From NCBI RefSeq assembly GCF_036321535.1, contig NC_087436.1, positions 16,864,001-16,928,000 on the forward strand: a stretch of 64,000 bases of DNA. Direction: 5' to 3'. Positions 15,081 to 28,309 of the stretch are shown here, piece by piece. The notes beneath the pieces were generated by a model that saw only the letters and a program-made list of their open reading frames with translations, was not told the DNA's origin and made no database searches. This stretch comes from Camelus dromedarius. Lineage: Eukaryota. Position numbers and translations under genes: made by a program. The first letter of the stretch is position 1; each line of letters starts with the position of its first letter.

Positions 15081-16382
15081 CTTGTTTGCTTGTTTTTTTT
15101 TTTTTAAACATTTTTTATTGAGTCATAGTCATTTTACAATGTTGTGCCAAATTCCAGTGTAGTGCACAATTTTTCAGTTATACATGAACATATATGTTTT
15201 CATTGTCACATTTTTTCTTCTCTGTGAGCTACCACAAGATCTTGTATATATTTTCCTGTGCTATACAATATAATCTTGTTTACCTATTCTACATATGCCT
15301 GTCAGTATCTACAAATTTTGAACTTCCAGCCTATCCCTTCCCACCTCCCTCCCCCTAGGCAACCACAAGTTTGTATTCTATGTCTATAAGTCTGTTTCTG
15401 TTTTGTGTTTATGTTCTTTTTTTTTTTTTTCTAAGATTTCACATATGAGCGATCTCATATGGTATTTTTCTTTCTCTTTCTGGCTTACTTCACTCAGAAT
15501 GACATTCTCTAGGGACAACTGTGTTGCTGCAAATGGCATTATGTTGTCGGTTTTAATGGCTGAATAGTATTCCATTGTATAAATATACCACACCTTCTTT
15601 ATCCAGTCAGCTGTTGATGGACATTTAGGCTGTTTCCATGTCTTGGTATTGTAAATAGTACTGCGATGAACATTGGGGTGCAGGTGTCATTTTGAAGTAG
15701 GGTTCCTTCTGGATATATGCCCAGGAGAGGGATTCCTGGGTCATATGGTAAGTTTATTCCTAGTCTTCTGAGGAATCTCCATACTGTTTTCCACAGTGGC
15801 TGCACCAAACTGCATTCCCACCAGCAGTGTAGGAGGGTTCCCTTTCTCTACAGCCTCTCCAGCATTTGGTATTTGTGGACTTTTGAATGATGGGCATTCT
15901 GACTGGTGTGAGGTGATACCTCATTGTAGTTTTGGTTTGCATTTCTCTGATAATTAGTGATATTGAGCACTTTTTCATGTGCCTTTTGATCATTTGTATG
16001 TCTTCCTTGGAGAATTGCTTGTTTAGGTCTTCTGCCCATTTTTGGACTGGGTTGTTTGTTTTTTTTCTTCTTAAGTCATATGAGCTGCTTATATATTCTG
16101 GAGATCAAGCTTTTGTCGGTTTCATCATTTGCAAAAATTTTCTCCCATTCCATAGATTGTCGTTTTGTTTTACTTATGGTTTCCTTTGCTGTGCAGAAGC
16201 TTGTAAGTTTAATTAGGTCCCATTTGTTTATTATTGCTTTTATTTCTATTGCTTAGGTAGACTGCCCTAGGAGAACATTTTTGAGATGTATGTTAGATAA
16301 TGTTTTGCCTATATTTTCTTCTAGGGGGTTTATTATATCTTGTCTTATGTTTAAGTCTTTGATCCATTTTGAGTTTATTTTT
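15081..16382 (-). mobile_element. Younger 5'-truncated L1 (ORF2 C-terminus and 3'UTR)
   Basis: ORFs [13 protein letters not shown]..., MWYIYTMEYYSAIK... and [15 protein letters not shown] are the L1 ORF2p C-terminus. Poly(T) on the left. TSD tcatttgttc(c)tttt at 15066 and 16383. Confidence 0.95.
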
Positions 16383-17771
16383 TCATTTGTTCTTTTAATG
16401 TAGTGAATTGTACTTACTGATTTTCAGATGTTATACTAATCTTCAACTATGAAATAAACCTAACATGGATTCAATTTATTAATATTCTGTTGAGGGTTTT
16501 CCCATTTATATTGATGAGGGATGGTCTGTGATTTTCCCTGTTTATAATGCTCTTGTCAGGATTTGGTATTGAGGTGATGGATGACATTATACAGTAAGTT
16601 GGAAACTGTTTCCTCTTTTGTGTTGTCTGGAAGAATTTGTGTAAGATTGTGCTATATTTTTCTAAAATGTTGTGGTAAATCACTAGCGAAGCCACCTGGC
16701 CTGGACATTTCTTTATATGGAATTTTAAAATCATAGATTAAATGTCTTTAAAGTAAGACTGATGAAACTATTTTTATCATCTTTCAGTTTTAGTAAGTTA
16801 TGTTTATAGGGATACATCTAGATTGTCAAAAGTACTGCCATAAAGATGCCTATAGTAACACTTGTACTGATGTCTTCTTTTTAATATTTGATATTAATTA
16901 TTTAGGTTCTCTCTCTCTCTTTCCTTCCCTTTCTCCTTCTTTCTATTTGGTCAGTTTTGCTAAAAGCCAGTCAACTTTATTGTTTTCTTTTTTTTTTAAA
17001 CCAGCTTTTAGCTTTATCAATTTTCTCTATAGCATATTGCTTTCTACTCCATGAATTGCTATATTTTCCTGATCTTCATTTTGGTCAGCTCTGACTGAGC
17101 ACCTTATTTGGGACTCTAATATTTGTTATTGATTCAGTATTTACTCAAAACAATGAGCATTTTCTAAATTCTGTTATATATGGTATTATTATCTAATTAG
17201 TGTGATGTAATCTTCTTTCAATAAAATGGATGAGTTTTTTGAGGACATCAGTCCTCCTTTAAAAATAGCCATTCAAGTGGTAGACATATGGGATTTCAAA
17301 AAATACTTAATAAATTGTTTTTGTTCCCTGTGAAGATAGCTTAAAATAAATAAAACCCTTACCACTAGACTCATACTGTATTAAAATCAATAGCAGTTTT
17401 AGTTTTCATTTCTTTCATATGCATATAATACATATTAAATATATATAATCATGTTAAAGAACATATCATATTAAAGAACATATGGAGAAAAGAAAAAACT
17501 TGTCCATTAATGCCACCATCCTCTCCGTGATTAACAGCTTGGTTTATTTCCTTCCAAATTTTGTTCCCTCTGCTTCTTTTTTAAAACCTAGTGGCTATAC
17601 AAATTTTAACATTTTTGCTAGTTAAGTCTAATGTAATAGTTTCCTTTCATCAATTGGACATAAATGTCTACTTCAGTTTTTCCCCAGTGACTGTAAGAAA
17701 ACTCTCCCCCATGTATCATGTGGTAGACTCTCTAGTTTCTTCATTTGCCTGCCCCACCAGGGCTTATTCAA

Positions 17772-18162
17772 TGTATTGATCTGCTTGGGTTGTCATAATG
17801 AATTACTATGGACTGGGTTACTTAAACAACAGACGTATTTTCTCACAGTTCTGGAGGCTGGAAGTCTAAAATCAGGGTGCCAGCATGAGTGGGATGTGAG
17901 GGAAGGTCTCTTTCTGGCTTATAGACAGCAGTCTTCTAGCTGTTTTCTCACATGCCCTATTCTCAGACCATACATTCAAAGAGAGAGAGAGGTCTCTGGT
18001 CTCTTTCTGTAAGTATGTTAATCCCATCATGAGGTCTCCACCCTCATGATCTCATCTAAACTTAATTATCTCCAGAAGGCACCATCTCTAAATACCATCA
18101 CATTGGTGGGCAGGGCTTCATCATTTGTATTTGGAGGGATGGGCACAGTTCAGGTCATAGCA
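17772..18162 (-). mobile_element. MaLR solo LTR (MLT1A/B-like)
   Basis: TG...CA ends; cttaaacaacagacgtattttctcacagttctggaggctggaagtc MLT1 hallmark. Confidence 0.88.
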
Positions 18163-18244
18163 CTCTGTATCAGAGGAGGAGGAGGAAAAACATGTTCTTT
18201 GTTCTTGCCTTCCGACACTGTATGAAGGCAGCTGAAGGAAGACA

Positions 18245-18271
18245 GGGTGGGAGGGAGGGAGGGAGGGAGGG
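18245..18271 (+). repeat. (GGGA)n repeat, G-quadruplex motif
   Basis: Seven GGG tracts with 1-nt spacers. Confidence 0.85.
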
Positions 18272-19829
18272 AGGAAGTCTCAACTTATTGTAGAAGAGGA
18301 AAATAGATTTTTCAGAATAACAAAATCTAAAATATTAAAATCTCTAAATATATTATTTTATGTGGAATTCTACTATATCACAGCAGGTGGAGTGGGAGGT
18401 AGTTGTACATTTAGACTGATAATATTTACCCTTTTAACTCTGTGGTTACTTATTTCTTAATAGTCTACTGTAATCATTAAATACCTCCTCATAAATACTT
18501 TCATTTATTGGTGTAATTTCAGTTATTATTTTATATCAAGGTGATTAAAAAATGATTTGAAAAAGCTAAATTAGGATACTTAAAATATTTTTATTACTTT
18601 TTGTCACAATAGCTTACTCAAAACATTAATTGAAGGGTACATGTTTATATTAAAATGATAGAATAAATTTATGTTTAATATAATGATATACTAGTAATAA
18701 GTTTCTTTTTATATGTTGTCTCCTTAATTCTAATGGGATTTTCAGGAATGGCCAGTCTAACTTTTCCCATCTATCAAGACACTTGCAGCTAGCTCAAGTC
18801 TCAGAAGTATAAGACTTCTGATTCTCAGTTCTTGTTCCATTTTATTGTTTTGCTTTATGTTCATACTTTCTTATATGTATCAATGAGTATTTTGCTCTGT
18901 AAGTATAAATTTGGGATATTTTAAGGCTATATTTCAAGGCAAAAGAGTGACTCAATATAGGATGGGCATATAAAATGAGTATTTTGTGCTATGTATAATG
19001 TTATGAACTACAAGCTTATGTAAATTTGTATGATTTTTGAAAGTTTTGGTCCAGCTTATCCTATGCAGTCTAAATTTGGTATTTCTTACTGCTGTACTTT
19101 TTTTAAAATTACATTTTCAGCGAATCATAAGTTTATCAGTGATATTATTGCATACAATACAATTTTAGAGTGTTAGCATTTATGTTGAATTATAAATTAG
19201 GTTGTATTGCTTTTTCAGTATGTAACAATATAATAGGAAAGATAGCTTTCTTGTATGATTCCCCACTGCTCACGTTAATAGACATTTCATGAAAACACAG
19301 TGTTTTATTGTCTACAAACACATCTTGTCTCATCTTCTTTAGGAAAATGTGAAAAATATTTTTAATGTACCAAATTCTAAAGAATCAAATTGTTTCAAGC
19401 TGAGAGAAATGTGTGCCATGATATTAAAAATGTTCAACAAATCTCCAAGAGATATTTGTGGGATGTTAAAAAAACTGTTTCAATACATTATAAGAATTAC
19501 CTGTGTCATTAATCCAGGTATTTATCTGTTCACTGTACATTCTGTCAGGAGAAGGAAACCAACAAGCTTTAGCTAATTTTAGTTAAACAAAATTTTAAAA
19601 TTTCAAGGGAGATTGAATATATAGTCAATAAATATTGATGGTGGGAGGAAGATTAATTCCACAGTGAATTATAGCTATTTCTTATTCAAACTTGATCTTG
19701 ACATATAACTTATTCAAATGTGAAATTTCTTATTCAAAATACTCTTGAAATATAACCTGTAATTTAAAAATTACAGATAGGTAATTCATTTATATATCCC
19801 GAAGTAAGATTGAGAGGACATCTTTAGGC

Positions 19830-20128
19830 CAGTGATGCACAATAGAAATAAACTATGAAACACTTATAATTTAAAATTTTCTAGCAGCCACATTAAACAA
19901 GAGAAGCAGATAAAATAAATTTTAAACAACTTTTTATTGAACCTAAAACATATATACAAAATTTACATTTCAGTATATAATCAATATGAAATATTGACAT
20001 ATTTTACATCCTTTTTTTCTTTGAAATCTGATGTGTAATTTAATGTACAGCACATCTCAATTTATACTGTTCCTACTAGCCACATTCCACCTGCTCATGG
20101 CCACATATTACCATACCTACGGCACAGT
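19830..20128. mobile_element. hAT-Charlie MITE (MER33-like)
   Basis: cagtgatgcacaatagaaata...aattttctagcagccacattaaa...ctagccacattccacctgctc matches recalled MER33/MER3 text. Confidence 0.75.
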
Positions 20129-20259
20129 CTTAGATTTGGGACTGCACTGGAACTTGGCCACTCGTTTCTGTGATAATGCTTGGCACACAGTAAATGGACA
20201 GTAGATGTTTAAAGAAAAGAAGAAAAAAAGGAAGCAAAGAAAGGTAATAGGAGAAGTTT

Positions 20260-20425
20260 GTAGTCAGATAGAACTATGTATATAACCGCTTACTAGATGG
20301 ATGCCCTTGTTTGGGATATTTAATTTTCTTAACCTCAGTGTCCTTTTGTAAGATTGAGATATTTGTACCTACCTTTCAGAATTACTGTGAAAGAATTAAG
20401 TGAGGGTAACACAACCAGAGCGCCT
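20260..20425 (+). mobile_element. MIR fragment
   Basis: aacctcagtgtcctttttgtaagattgagata...acctacctttcagaattactgtga. Confidence 0.65.
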
Positions 20426-20954
20426 GCCAGGTTTCCTTCCATCCCATTTCCTTTCTGAAATCTGAATTCAGTCATATATTAAATGACCTTATCTATTTGT
20501 ATCCACTTTTATTAGATCTTTTAAATTACCCCATCAAACATAGTATGTTTTTTCAGTTACGTGTGAGTGGAAAGGAAGGAACTAGCATCAGAAAGTAGGT
20601 TTTTGGCATCAGAAGAGTAGCCAAGGACAATTACATTAAATTGCTTAGCATGCTGTGGAATTAACTGCCTATGATCTTAATTATAAATACTTAATTTATA
20701 AAACAATCTTTAAACACACAGGTCTATATTTAGATATATTACAATTTCGGTAAATACATTCAGACTGATAGCCAATGTAAAACGTTAATAGTACAATCAG
20801 TTCAGATCTTCTCACTTCTCTTCAGCACAAGCCTGACTCAGGGCTTAGACGCTTGCAGAAGGAGTTAGAAGCATGATCTCTTTTTTCCTACACTCACGTA
20901 TATGCATACACAATATAACATACATGCAGAAATAAGCAGAAAATGTGTTTGTTG

Positions 20955-21360
20955 TGGGGTTGACTTCATGGGGTACATAGGACTCGACCCTCAGAAGCGG
21001 ATCAGTGCTTGGGGTTTAGTGCTCTGTGTTTGCCATCTTGAATTCTTGATAATTTTATCTTTAAATTTGTGGTTTGTAAATGAGTCTGATCAGATAATGG
21101 AACATGCACTGGAGGCTTGGAGCCTTGGTTTTCCAATTGGTTCCACCTCCTGTCCCTTTCTCTGTCCGTCAGGATGGGATCTTGACCACCCACAGCCCAG
21201 TGACTGTAATCACTCTCTGCCCTGGGTGTGGGTCCCGATGCAGGAGCAAGGAAGATTGGGTGGGTGCACACAGTCCACATACCTACATGGGTCTGCACTT
21301 GACCAGCCAGTGTCCTCATGCTCAAGGGAGCACGACGTTAAACAGCAAGTAAAACACAGA
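20955..21360 (+). mobile_element. hAT-Tip100 element (MER45-like)
   Basis: ggggttgacttcatggg...ggtttagtgctctgtgtttgccatcttgaattcttgataatttt resembles the MER45 left end. Locally GC-richer. Right boundary uncertain. Confidence 0.6.
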
Positions 21361-21517
21361 CTGAAAACCTGGTATGATGTGATGAAGAACTATAAAGTTA
21401 ACCTGTGTAAGTACTATAATAGGACACTGTCAATACCCAGTAGTTACCCCCACCCCACCTTTTCTCTTCCCACTTAGGACAACCTTATTCACCCATCATA
21501 GTTAACCACTAGCTTTA

Positions 21518-22266
21518 GTTTTTTTTTGTTGTTGTTGTTGAAGCATAGTAAGTTTATAATATTGTGTCAATTCCTGGTGTATAGCACAATGCTTTAGTCA
21601 TATATGAACATACTTATATTCATTTTCATATTCTTTTTTCACTATAGATTACTACAAGATATTGAAGGTAGTTCCCTGTGCTATACTGTATAAACTTGTT
21701 TATCTATTTTATATATAGCAGTTAGTATCTGCAAATCTCTAACACCCAATTTATCCCTTCCCAGCCTCTTCCCTCCCAGTAACTATAAGTTTGTTTTCTA
21801 TGTCTGTGAGTCTGTTTCTGTTTTATAAATAAGTTCATTTGTCTTTTTTTTTTCTTCTTATATTCCACATATGAGTGGTATCATATGGTATTTTTTTTCT
21901 CTTTCTTGCCTACTTCACTTAGAATGACAATCTTCAGGTCCATCCATGTTGTTGCAGATGGCATTATTTTATTCTTTTTTATGGCTGAGTAGTATTCCAT
22001 TGTATAAATATACCACAACTTCTTTATCTAGTCATCTGTCGATGGACGTTTAGGTTATTTTCATGTCTTGGCTATTGTAAATAGTGCTGCTGTGAACATT
22101 GGGGTTCATGTATCTCTTTGAATTAAGGTTGCCTTTGGATATATGCCCAGAAGTGGGATTGCTGGATCATATGTTATCTATTTTTAGTTTTTTGAGGAAT
22201 CTCCATATTGTTAAGCATAATGGCTGCACCAAACTATATTTCCACCAACAGTGTAGGAGGGTTCCC
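21518..22266 (-). mobile_element. 5'-truncated L1 3' end
   Basis: Reverse complement of the same 3'UTR type as 4100-4820; T-rich tail on the left. Confidence 0.92.
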
Positions 22267-22299
22267 ATGGGGTTAACACTGTGCTTATCTCTCTCTAGT

Positions 22300-23720
22300 T
22301 CTGCCATCAGGAGTGATGGTGAATTATTTGTACATATTTAAAATTTTTATGTAAATTAAATTGTGCTGCATGTATTTCCTGTGCATTACCTGTTTTGCTC
22401 AACATTGCTTGTAAAATTTGTCCATGCTGCTGCATACTGCTGTAGGTTGTAATCCCCACAGCTGTACAATATACCATTTTAGGAATATATCACTAAGTTT
22501 TTATGCATTCTTTTTTTTTTTAATTTGGTTTTCTTTACATAATCTAGGTGACTTTATTTACTTATTTTTTTAGCTTTTTTTTGTGGGGGGGAAGTAATTA
22601 GGTTTATTTATTTATTTTTGGAAGCAGTACTGGGGATTGAACCCAGCACATTGCATGTGCAAAGCATACGCTCTGCCTCCTCCCTAGTATATTCTTGATG
22701 CACATTATATTGTTTTCACTTTAGAACTATTACGAACCATACTGTGTATATCCCTTAGTGCTCATGAATAAGAATTTCTCTAGGGTTTATGCCAAGGAGA
22801 TAATTTTCTGGTTTATGGGTTATGTATACCTCCAACTTCTCAATAATGCCAAACTGTATTACAAGATTAGCTCTAATTCACATTTACACTTGCAGAGAAC
22901 TAGCATCCCCATTGTTTCACATCCTCTTCGGTGCTTGGAATTATTAAATGCATGCATTTCTGCCAATGAACTGGGATTCAGTATTTTAAAAGTTGTTTAT
23001 TTTAATTTGCATTTTGCAAATTTTTGATGAGATTGAGTATTCTTATAATATGCTTCTTGGCCATTTTGGATTTCTTCTTTTTAAAAATCTTATTCACTTG
23101 CTTTTTTCCCAATTTTCTTTTGAGTTGTTTTCTTTTTCTTACTAAGTTGTAAAAATTCTTTATAAAATTTCATAAACTGCACCTTTGCTGACTGTATAAG
23201 TTGAAAAAATGTCTCCAACTCCATGACTTGTCTTTATATACTATTTTACGATGTCTTTTGATAAATAGAAATTGAATGTATCAGTTTCCTTTATGACTGT
23301 TTCTTTTTGTATCTTGGTTTTAAAACATGAAATTCTTTGCTACCTAAAGGTCATTAAATTAATGTCCATTATTATCTTCTAACTAGTTATAGTTTTAATT
23401 TATGTATTTAGGTTTTTAAGCATAAAGGAATTGATTTTTGTTCAAGGTGTTAGAGAAGGGTCCAGTTTTATTCCCTCCCCCTTCTCTGCCACTCCTGTGT
23501 CATAGAGACATTCAGGTGTCCTAGAAATATTTTCTGAAAAGTCCCTTTTTACCTAGTAGTCTTCAGGGTCACCTCTGTCATATACTAAGTGTCCACTTAT
23601 GCATAGGTAGGGTTTTTTGTGAGTTCTTTTTCTGTTCCATCAATTCATTCATAGAAGAATACTGCACTCTCCTAATTACCATATGTTTATAATAAATCTT
23701 TTATCCAGTTTTCTAGTTGT
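22300..23720 (-). mobile_element. Old L1M/L1ME fragment
   Basis: Antisense L1 3' text (taatttgcattttgc...gagattgagtattc; aaggtgttagagaagggtccagtttta). Confidence 0.7.
22510..22685 (-). mobile_element. tRNA-derived SINE (Vic-1-like), 5' end degraded
   Basis: gtaattaggtttatttatttattttt...tggggattgaacccagcac is homologous to 11330-11471. Confidence 0.85.
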
Positions 23721-24519
23721 TTGTGACAGGAGTCTAATTGCTATAGCAGTTAATATTTCATAAGCAGGAGACATATTTTCTTTATACATAACTATGACCA
23801 CTCCCATGAACAGAAATGGAATTTATATGTATCTATTTGTTCTTCCCTCTCCTCTCCTTCATCTACCACCATATTTTGTTAGATATGTTTTTTCTCTTAC
23901 TGTACACCTTCATACTTTAAATACACCTAGTTTTGATCATGCAATTATTACTAATTCCAAATGATAATTTTTTCCCCTTGACTATAAATGATGTTGAAAT
24001 CAGCTACTTACATCATTTACCAACTTCTTTTCCCTCTCAAAATTTCAGTTAGTTTTGTTATTTATTGGTTGTGTCATCTAGGCTAGGATAAAAGCCTTAT
24101 TATGTCACTGATTTTTACTGAGTATGTTGTAGACATTTCCCTACTATGTTCTAGTTTGGGGCTTTGCTTCTTATAGGCATATTGTTCTTTTTGCCTGACT
24201 ATTCAAAAGATTCTTTATTTCTGAATTCTAATAATATTTCTGAGATATGTTTTGATGAACATCAAACAGATAGTTTTTTTCTTGATATAAAGTATGTCAT
24301 TCAATTTGAAGATCCTAAGTTTGTTTTATTTTGGTAATTGCTCCTGAAACTATTTTAATAAATTTTTATTCAGTTATTTTGTTTTTATTCTTCTTTTGCC
24401 TGTTTCCTATGTCTGTCTTTTTTCTTGTATTCCTTTTAAACTCTTTCTTTATTATTTTTCATGTTGTCCACTTCTGTCAGTCCTATTTTCAATGTCCCAT
24501 AGTCAGTCTTCATTTCTTT

Positions 24520-24632
24520 TTTAAAAAAAATTCAATTTACTTAAACAAGCGAAAAACAAAAACGGTTCACCCATTTCTCCCATTCCCCAACACCTGCCTC
24601 TGGTAACCACCAGTCTGTTCTCTGTATCTATG

Positions 24633-24666
<34 letters not shown>

Positions 24667-24750
24667 TCATATGTTCCATAGATGAGAGATCATATGGTAT
24701 TTCTCTTTCTCTGTCTGACTTATTTCACTTAGTGTAATGCCCTGGAGGAC
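24520..24750 (-). mobile_element. L1 3'UTR fragment with (TG)n at 24636-24664
   Basis: cctctggtaaccaccagtctgttctctgtatctatga...gacttatttcacttagt. Confidence 0.8.
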
Positions 24751-25935
24751 ATATGTCTTCATTTCTGCAAATGATTTTACTTTTTTGCACCAGCTCAAGT
24801 GGTTATTTCTATTATCTCATTGTATCTTTCTTCAGCTTTTATATTCCTTTTTTTTTAGGGGGGCAGTATTTTAATAGAAACAGTTACCTTTTTTTCCTCC
24901 AAAAACCTTAGGCAATATGTTTTGTCAAAATGTTTACACTGTTTGTGGCAATATTTTTCATAGTTTCTTATTCTGGAAATACTCCTTCTCATGGCATTCA
25001 TCTGTTGTATTTTTTAAAGCACCTTTTCCATTTTATTTGTTTCTACAGTATTTTTGTATACCTTTTATGCTAGTTTTTTTTTTTTCTTTTTTCATTACTC
25101 ACTTTGTGGTGAGCTCTTCCTCGACCAGCCACTTGTAGGAGGTTTGGAGGCTGGTGTATCTCAGTGGCCAGAATAGTGTTTTGGGTTAAGGGGAGACACC
25201 TTTAATGACACAGGTCCTTGTTTGTGCATGAGTTCCTTTAGACTTGTCTTCCCTCCAGCCGTGTGTCTTCCCTCTGAAGCATAACTCACATTGCTGACTC
25301 TCTCTCCTTATGCCTCACAAAAGGTGGTTGAGTTCTGAAAATATGCCTCGTCTGTGTGATTCCTCATTCAGCCCTGCTTGTCAAGGACTTCTTGAGACCT
25401 TGTGAAAATCTGGTCCACGGTGCTTCTGCTGTCAGGATAAGTTCCATTTTTCCAAAAGGATTTGCTCCTCAGGTTGTAGCTACTTATTTTAGAGAGTTGT
25501 TCTCCGCATTGTCCCAGATTGACAACTGTAGGCATCTCTACCTTCTCTTTTTTTAACTCGCATTTAACTTTCATTTATATTTGTAAGCTCTTTCTCATAT
25601 ACTATGCTTCAGAGTTATGGCAGTCTTCTCATTTCATCCAAGGAATTTGCTTTTCTGATCTTTTCATTTTTATCATTATTTTTGGACTATTTACAAGAGA
25701 AGAAGGGGCAGACTGTATTTTCCCTCCAAAACTTACAAATGAGGAGGCATGATAATATTTTGAGTAACTGAAGCAAATACTGAGAAGAAAGCTTCCTTGA
25801 AAGATTTACAGTTCATACATCAATGTTTAACACAAAGCTTATTCTTACCTATCTGTACTTTTATGTTAAATGATAATCGTGTAGTTTCTTCAAAAGTTGC
25901 TAAGATGTAAAGTGAAAAATAACATTTTAATAGGG

Positions 25936-26372
25936 TGCATTAGTTTGTTACAGCTACTGTAACAAATTGCCACAAACTGAGTGGTTTAAAACAACAGAAA
26001 TGTATTCTCTTACAGTTCTGGAGGCTAGAAGTCCAAAACCCAAGCGTTGTCAGGGCCATGGTCCCTCTGAAGCCCCTTCGGGGGATCCTTTCTTGTCTGT
26101 TCCAGCTTCTAATAGTGCCAGGCATTACTTGGCTTATGGCAATGTACCTCCAATCTGTGCTTCTGACTTTACATAGCCCTCTTGTTTATCTGTCTCTCCT
26201 CTTATAGGGACATGCATCATTGGATTAAGGGCTCACCCTACTATAGTATGACATCATCTTCATTTAACTAATTATATCTGCAATGACTGTGTTTCCAAAG
26301 AGATGATATTCTGAGGTACTGGAGGTTGACTTCAACATCTCTTTTTAGGAGGAAACAATTTAACCCATAACA
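25936..26372 (-). mobile_element. MaLR solo LTR (MLT1C-like)
   Basis: tgcattagttt...aaacaacagaaatgtattctcttacagttctggaggctagaagtcc...cccataaca. Confidence 0.9.
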
Positions 26373-27309
26373 TATAGTGTAGTATCTTTTGGTAGAGACT
26401 GGATTAGCTGATTATTCTAACTCACAATTCATTTTTTAACAGGTAAATAATATTTTTGTGAAACATCTCAAGTTTTTTAGAAACACATTGTGCTTTTTAT
26501 AACAGCTGTATTGAACCATTGAGACATACTGATTTCCTTATTTTAATACTATGTTTAAATTTGTATCTTTTTTTGAATTGGGAAAAAGGTGTTTGGAGAC
26601 CTGCCAGTGATTATTATCTCAGGATATAGAAATATAGTCCAGCATTGCTTAGTTATTTACTTATGGACAGGTAAATACTTATGTAAGACTATAAAAAGTG
26701 TTATCTTTTAGCCAAGGAAACGTAAACATTGGAATAGTCTCTTGTTTTAGTTTGTGAGTAACAAAATCTATCCAACTCTGGCTTAAATAATTTGATAATT
26801 CTAATGAGGTATTTATTTAGTTAATGGAGAGAAGTGTTATTTGGGTGAATCATCACTTTTGAAATAATAAAAAAATTAAAAATAAGTAATGTTTTTCAAA
26901 AAAAAATCTTAAAAATCACTGAAGAACTAAAAAGACAGTGGGGTCCTCCACATGTCAATTTTTGATCAACTACCTATAGCCAGAGTGAGAAGCAGAATAT
27001 TGGAGTGGTTAACCTGTTTATGTCATGAAGGCATTGTTATACTGCACACCTGGGAAAAGCAAGCATGTGGGGAAGGAGGACAGAGTCAAGGCTTAAGGCC
27101 TGGCAATATTGGAGATTTTTATAAAAGAGCCTCCCCATGTTAACCCAAGGTAAGAGCAATCTAGAATGTATCCCATTCCTTCTGCAGCCAGTGCAGGACT
27201 TTATGAAACTGTGAAAAAAGAAATTCCCAGAGGAGTTGTGGCCACATTTCCTTGGCTGCAAGATAACATCTATACAAAGGAAATCTAGGAGAGTCCAGAC
27301 CACACCCAC

Positions 27310-28130
27310 CAGATAGTTACAGATCTAAAAGACCGACAGTACGAAGTGTTGGTGAGGATGTGGAAGGCTGGGGACTCTCACTGGTGTCAAGTAAAGCTTA
27401 ATTGTAGTGATTCCACTCCTTAGCTCTCAATCTAGAGCAGTGCTTCTCACCCTGGACTGCATAGTATTTGCACAGACTCTAATGTGCAGAGGAATCTTGT
27501 TAAAAATGAATATTCTGATTTAGTAGGTCTGAGTTGGGACCTGAGCATCTGCATTCCTGTCAAGCACCCAGATGTTGAGGATTCTGTTAATCCACAGACT
27601 TGCGCTAGAAAACATCTAGCACGTGTCCATAGGAGGCGTCTTCAAGAATGTTCATAGCAGTGTACTGTGTAATAACCCCAAACTGGGAACAATTCAGATA
27701 TCATCCATAGCAATTATTTGTTCATTATTGGAACAAATAGTGGTAAATGCATCCAAGGAAACAGTGTATTTCAAGAAAGTGGACAACTTGTATCTACATG
27801 CAGCAACGTGGAATTTTATAAACATGATGTTAAGTACTGAAAGCAAAACACAGGCATATTTTGGTAGATCAAGTTCAAATAAGAAGGTAAAACTAAGGTT
27901 AATAGTTTTATTGGTAAATTTATTTTAAAAAAGACAAATATTTATAAAGGGAAGTCAGGGAAGTAGCTAGCTCTTGGGAGAGGGAAAGTACTTTGGGAAG
28001 GAAGTCCTCTCGAGAGGTGGCAAATATATTGTTTCTGGTACTAAGTAACCCACTATTTGTTAATATCTGTGCACATAGCATTTTATGTACTTTATGTACG
28101 TTACATTTTATGATAATAGATTTTTAAAAG
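27310..28130 (+). mobile_element. Old L1ME 3' fragment interrupted by MER5
   Basis: gtgttggtgaggatgtggaag; aagaatgttcatagcag...ccccaaactgggaacaa; aacatgatgttaagt. Confidence 0.7.
27438..27605. mobile_element. MER5A-like hAT-Charlie MITE
   Basis: cagtgcttctca start; attctgatttagtaggtctgagttgggacctgagcatctgcatt. Confidence 0.8.
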
Positions 28131-28196
28131 AACAAATTCACCAGGGAAAGCAAGGCTGAGCACCTATTCTGTTAGAAGCTCAGGAGAGGGACATCT

Positions 28197-28309
28197 TAGG
28201 GTAACCAACTGGCTCAGTTTGCCCTGGACTGTGGATGTTGCCAGGATTTGAGATTTTCAGTGCTAAAGTAGAAGCCGTCTTGGGCAAACTGGGATGGTTG
28301 CTCACTGTA
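28197..28309. mobile_element. MER81-like hAT-Blackjack MITE
   Basis: 113 bp with imperfect TIRs tagggtaaccaactggctcagtttgccc / gggcaaactgggatggttgctcactgta. Confidence 0.8.

Larger units (their letters stand above)
13850..17060 (-). mobile_element. Old L1M-type fragment (13850-14440 and 16384-17060) hosting two younger insertions
   Basis: Antisense L1 ORF2-like text (tcatgaatcagtgttgaattttattaaatg; ORF 16471..16734 IPNPDK..RENHRP..ININGKTLNRIL resembles L1 [28 protein letters not shown]). Sequence is continuous across the insertions. Confidence 0.8.

Noticed and set aside
20902..21477. Longest ORF (191 aa)
   Set aside because: Runs through a GC-richer MER45-like repeat; no recognisable domain or splice context.
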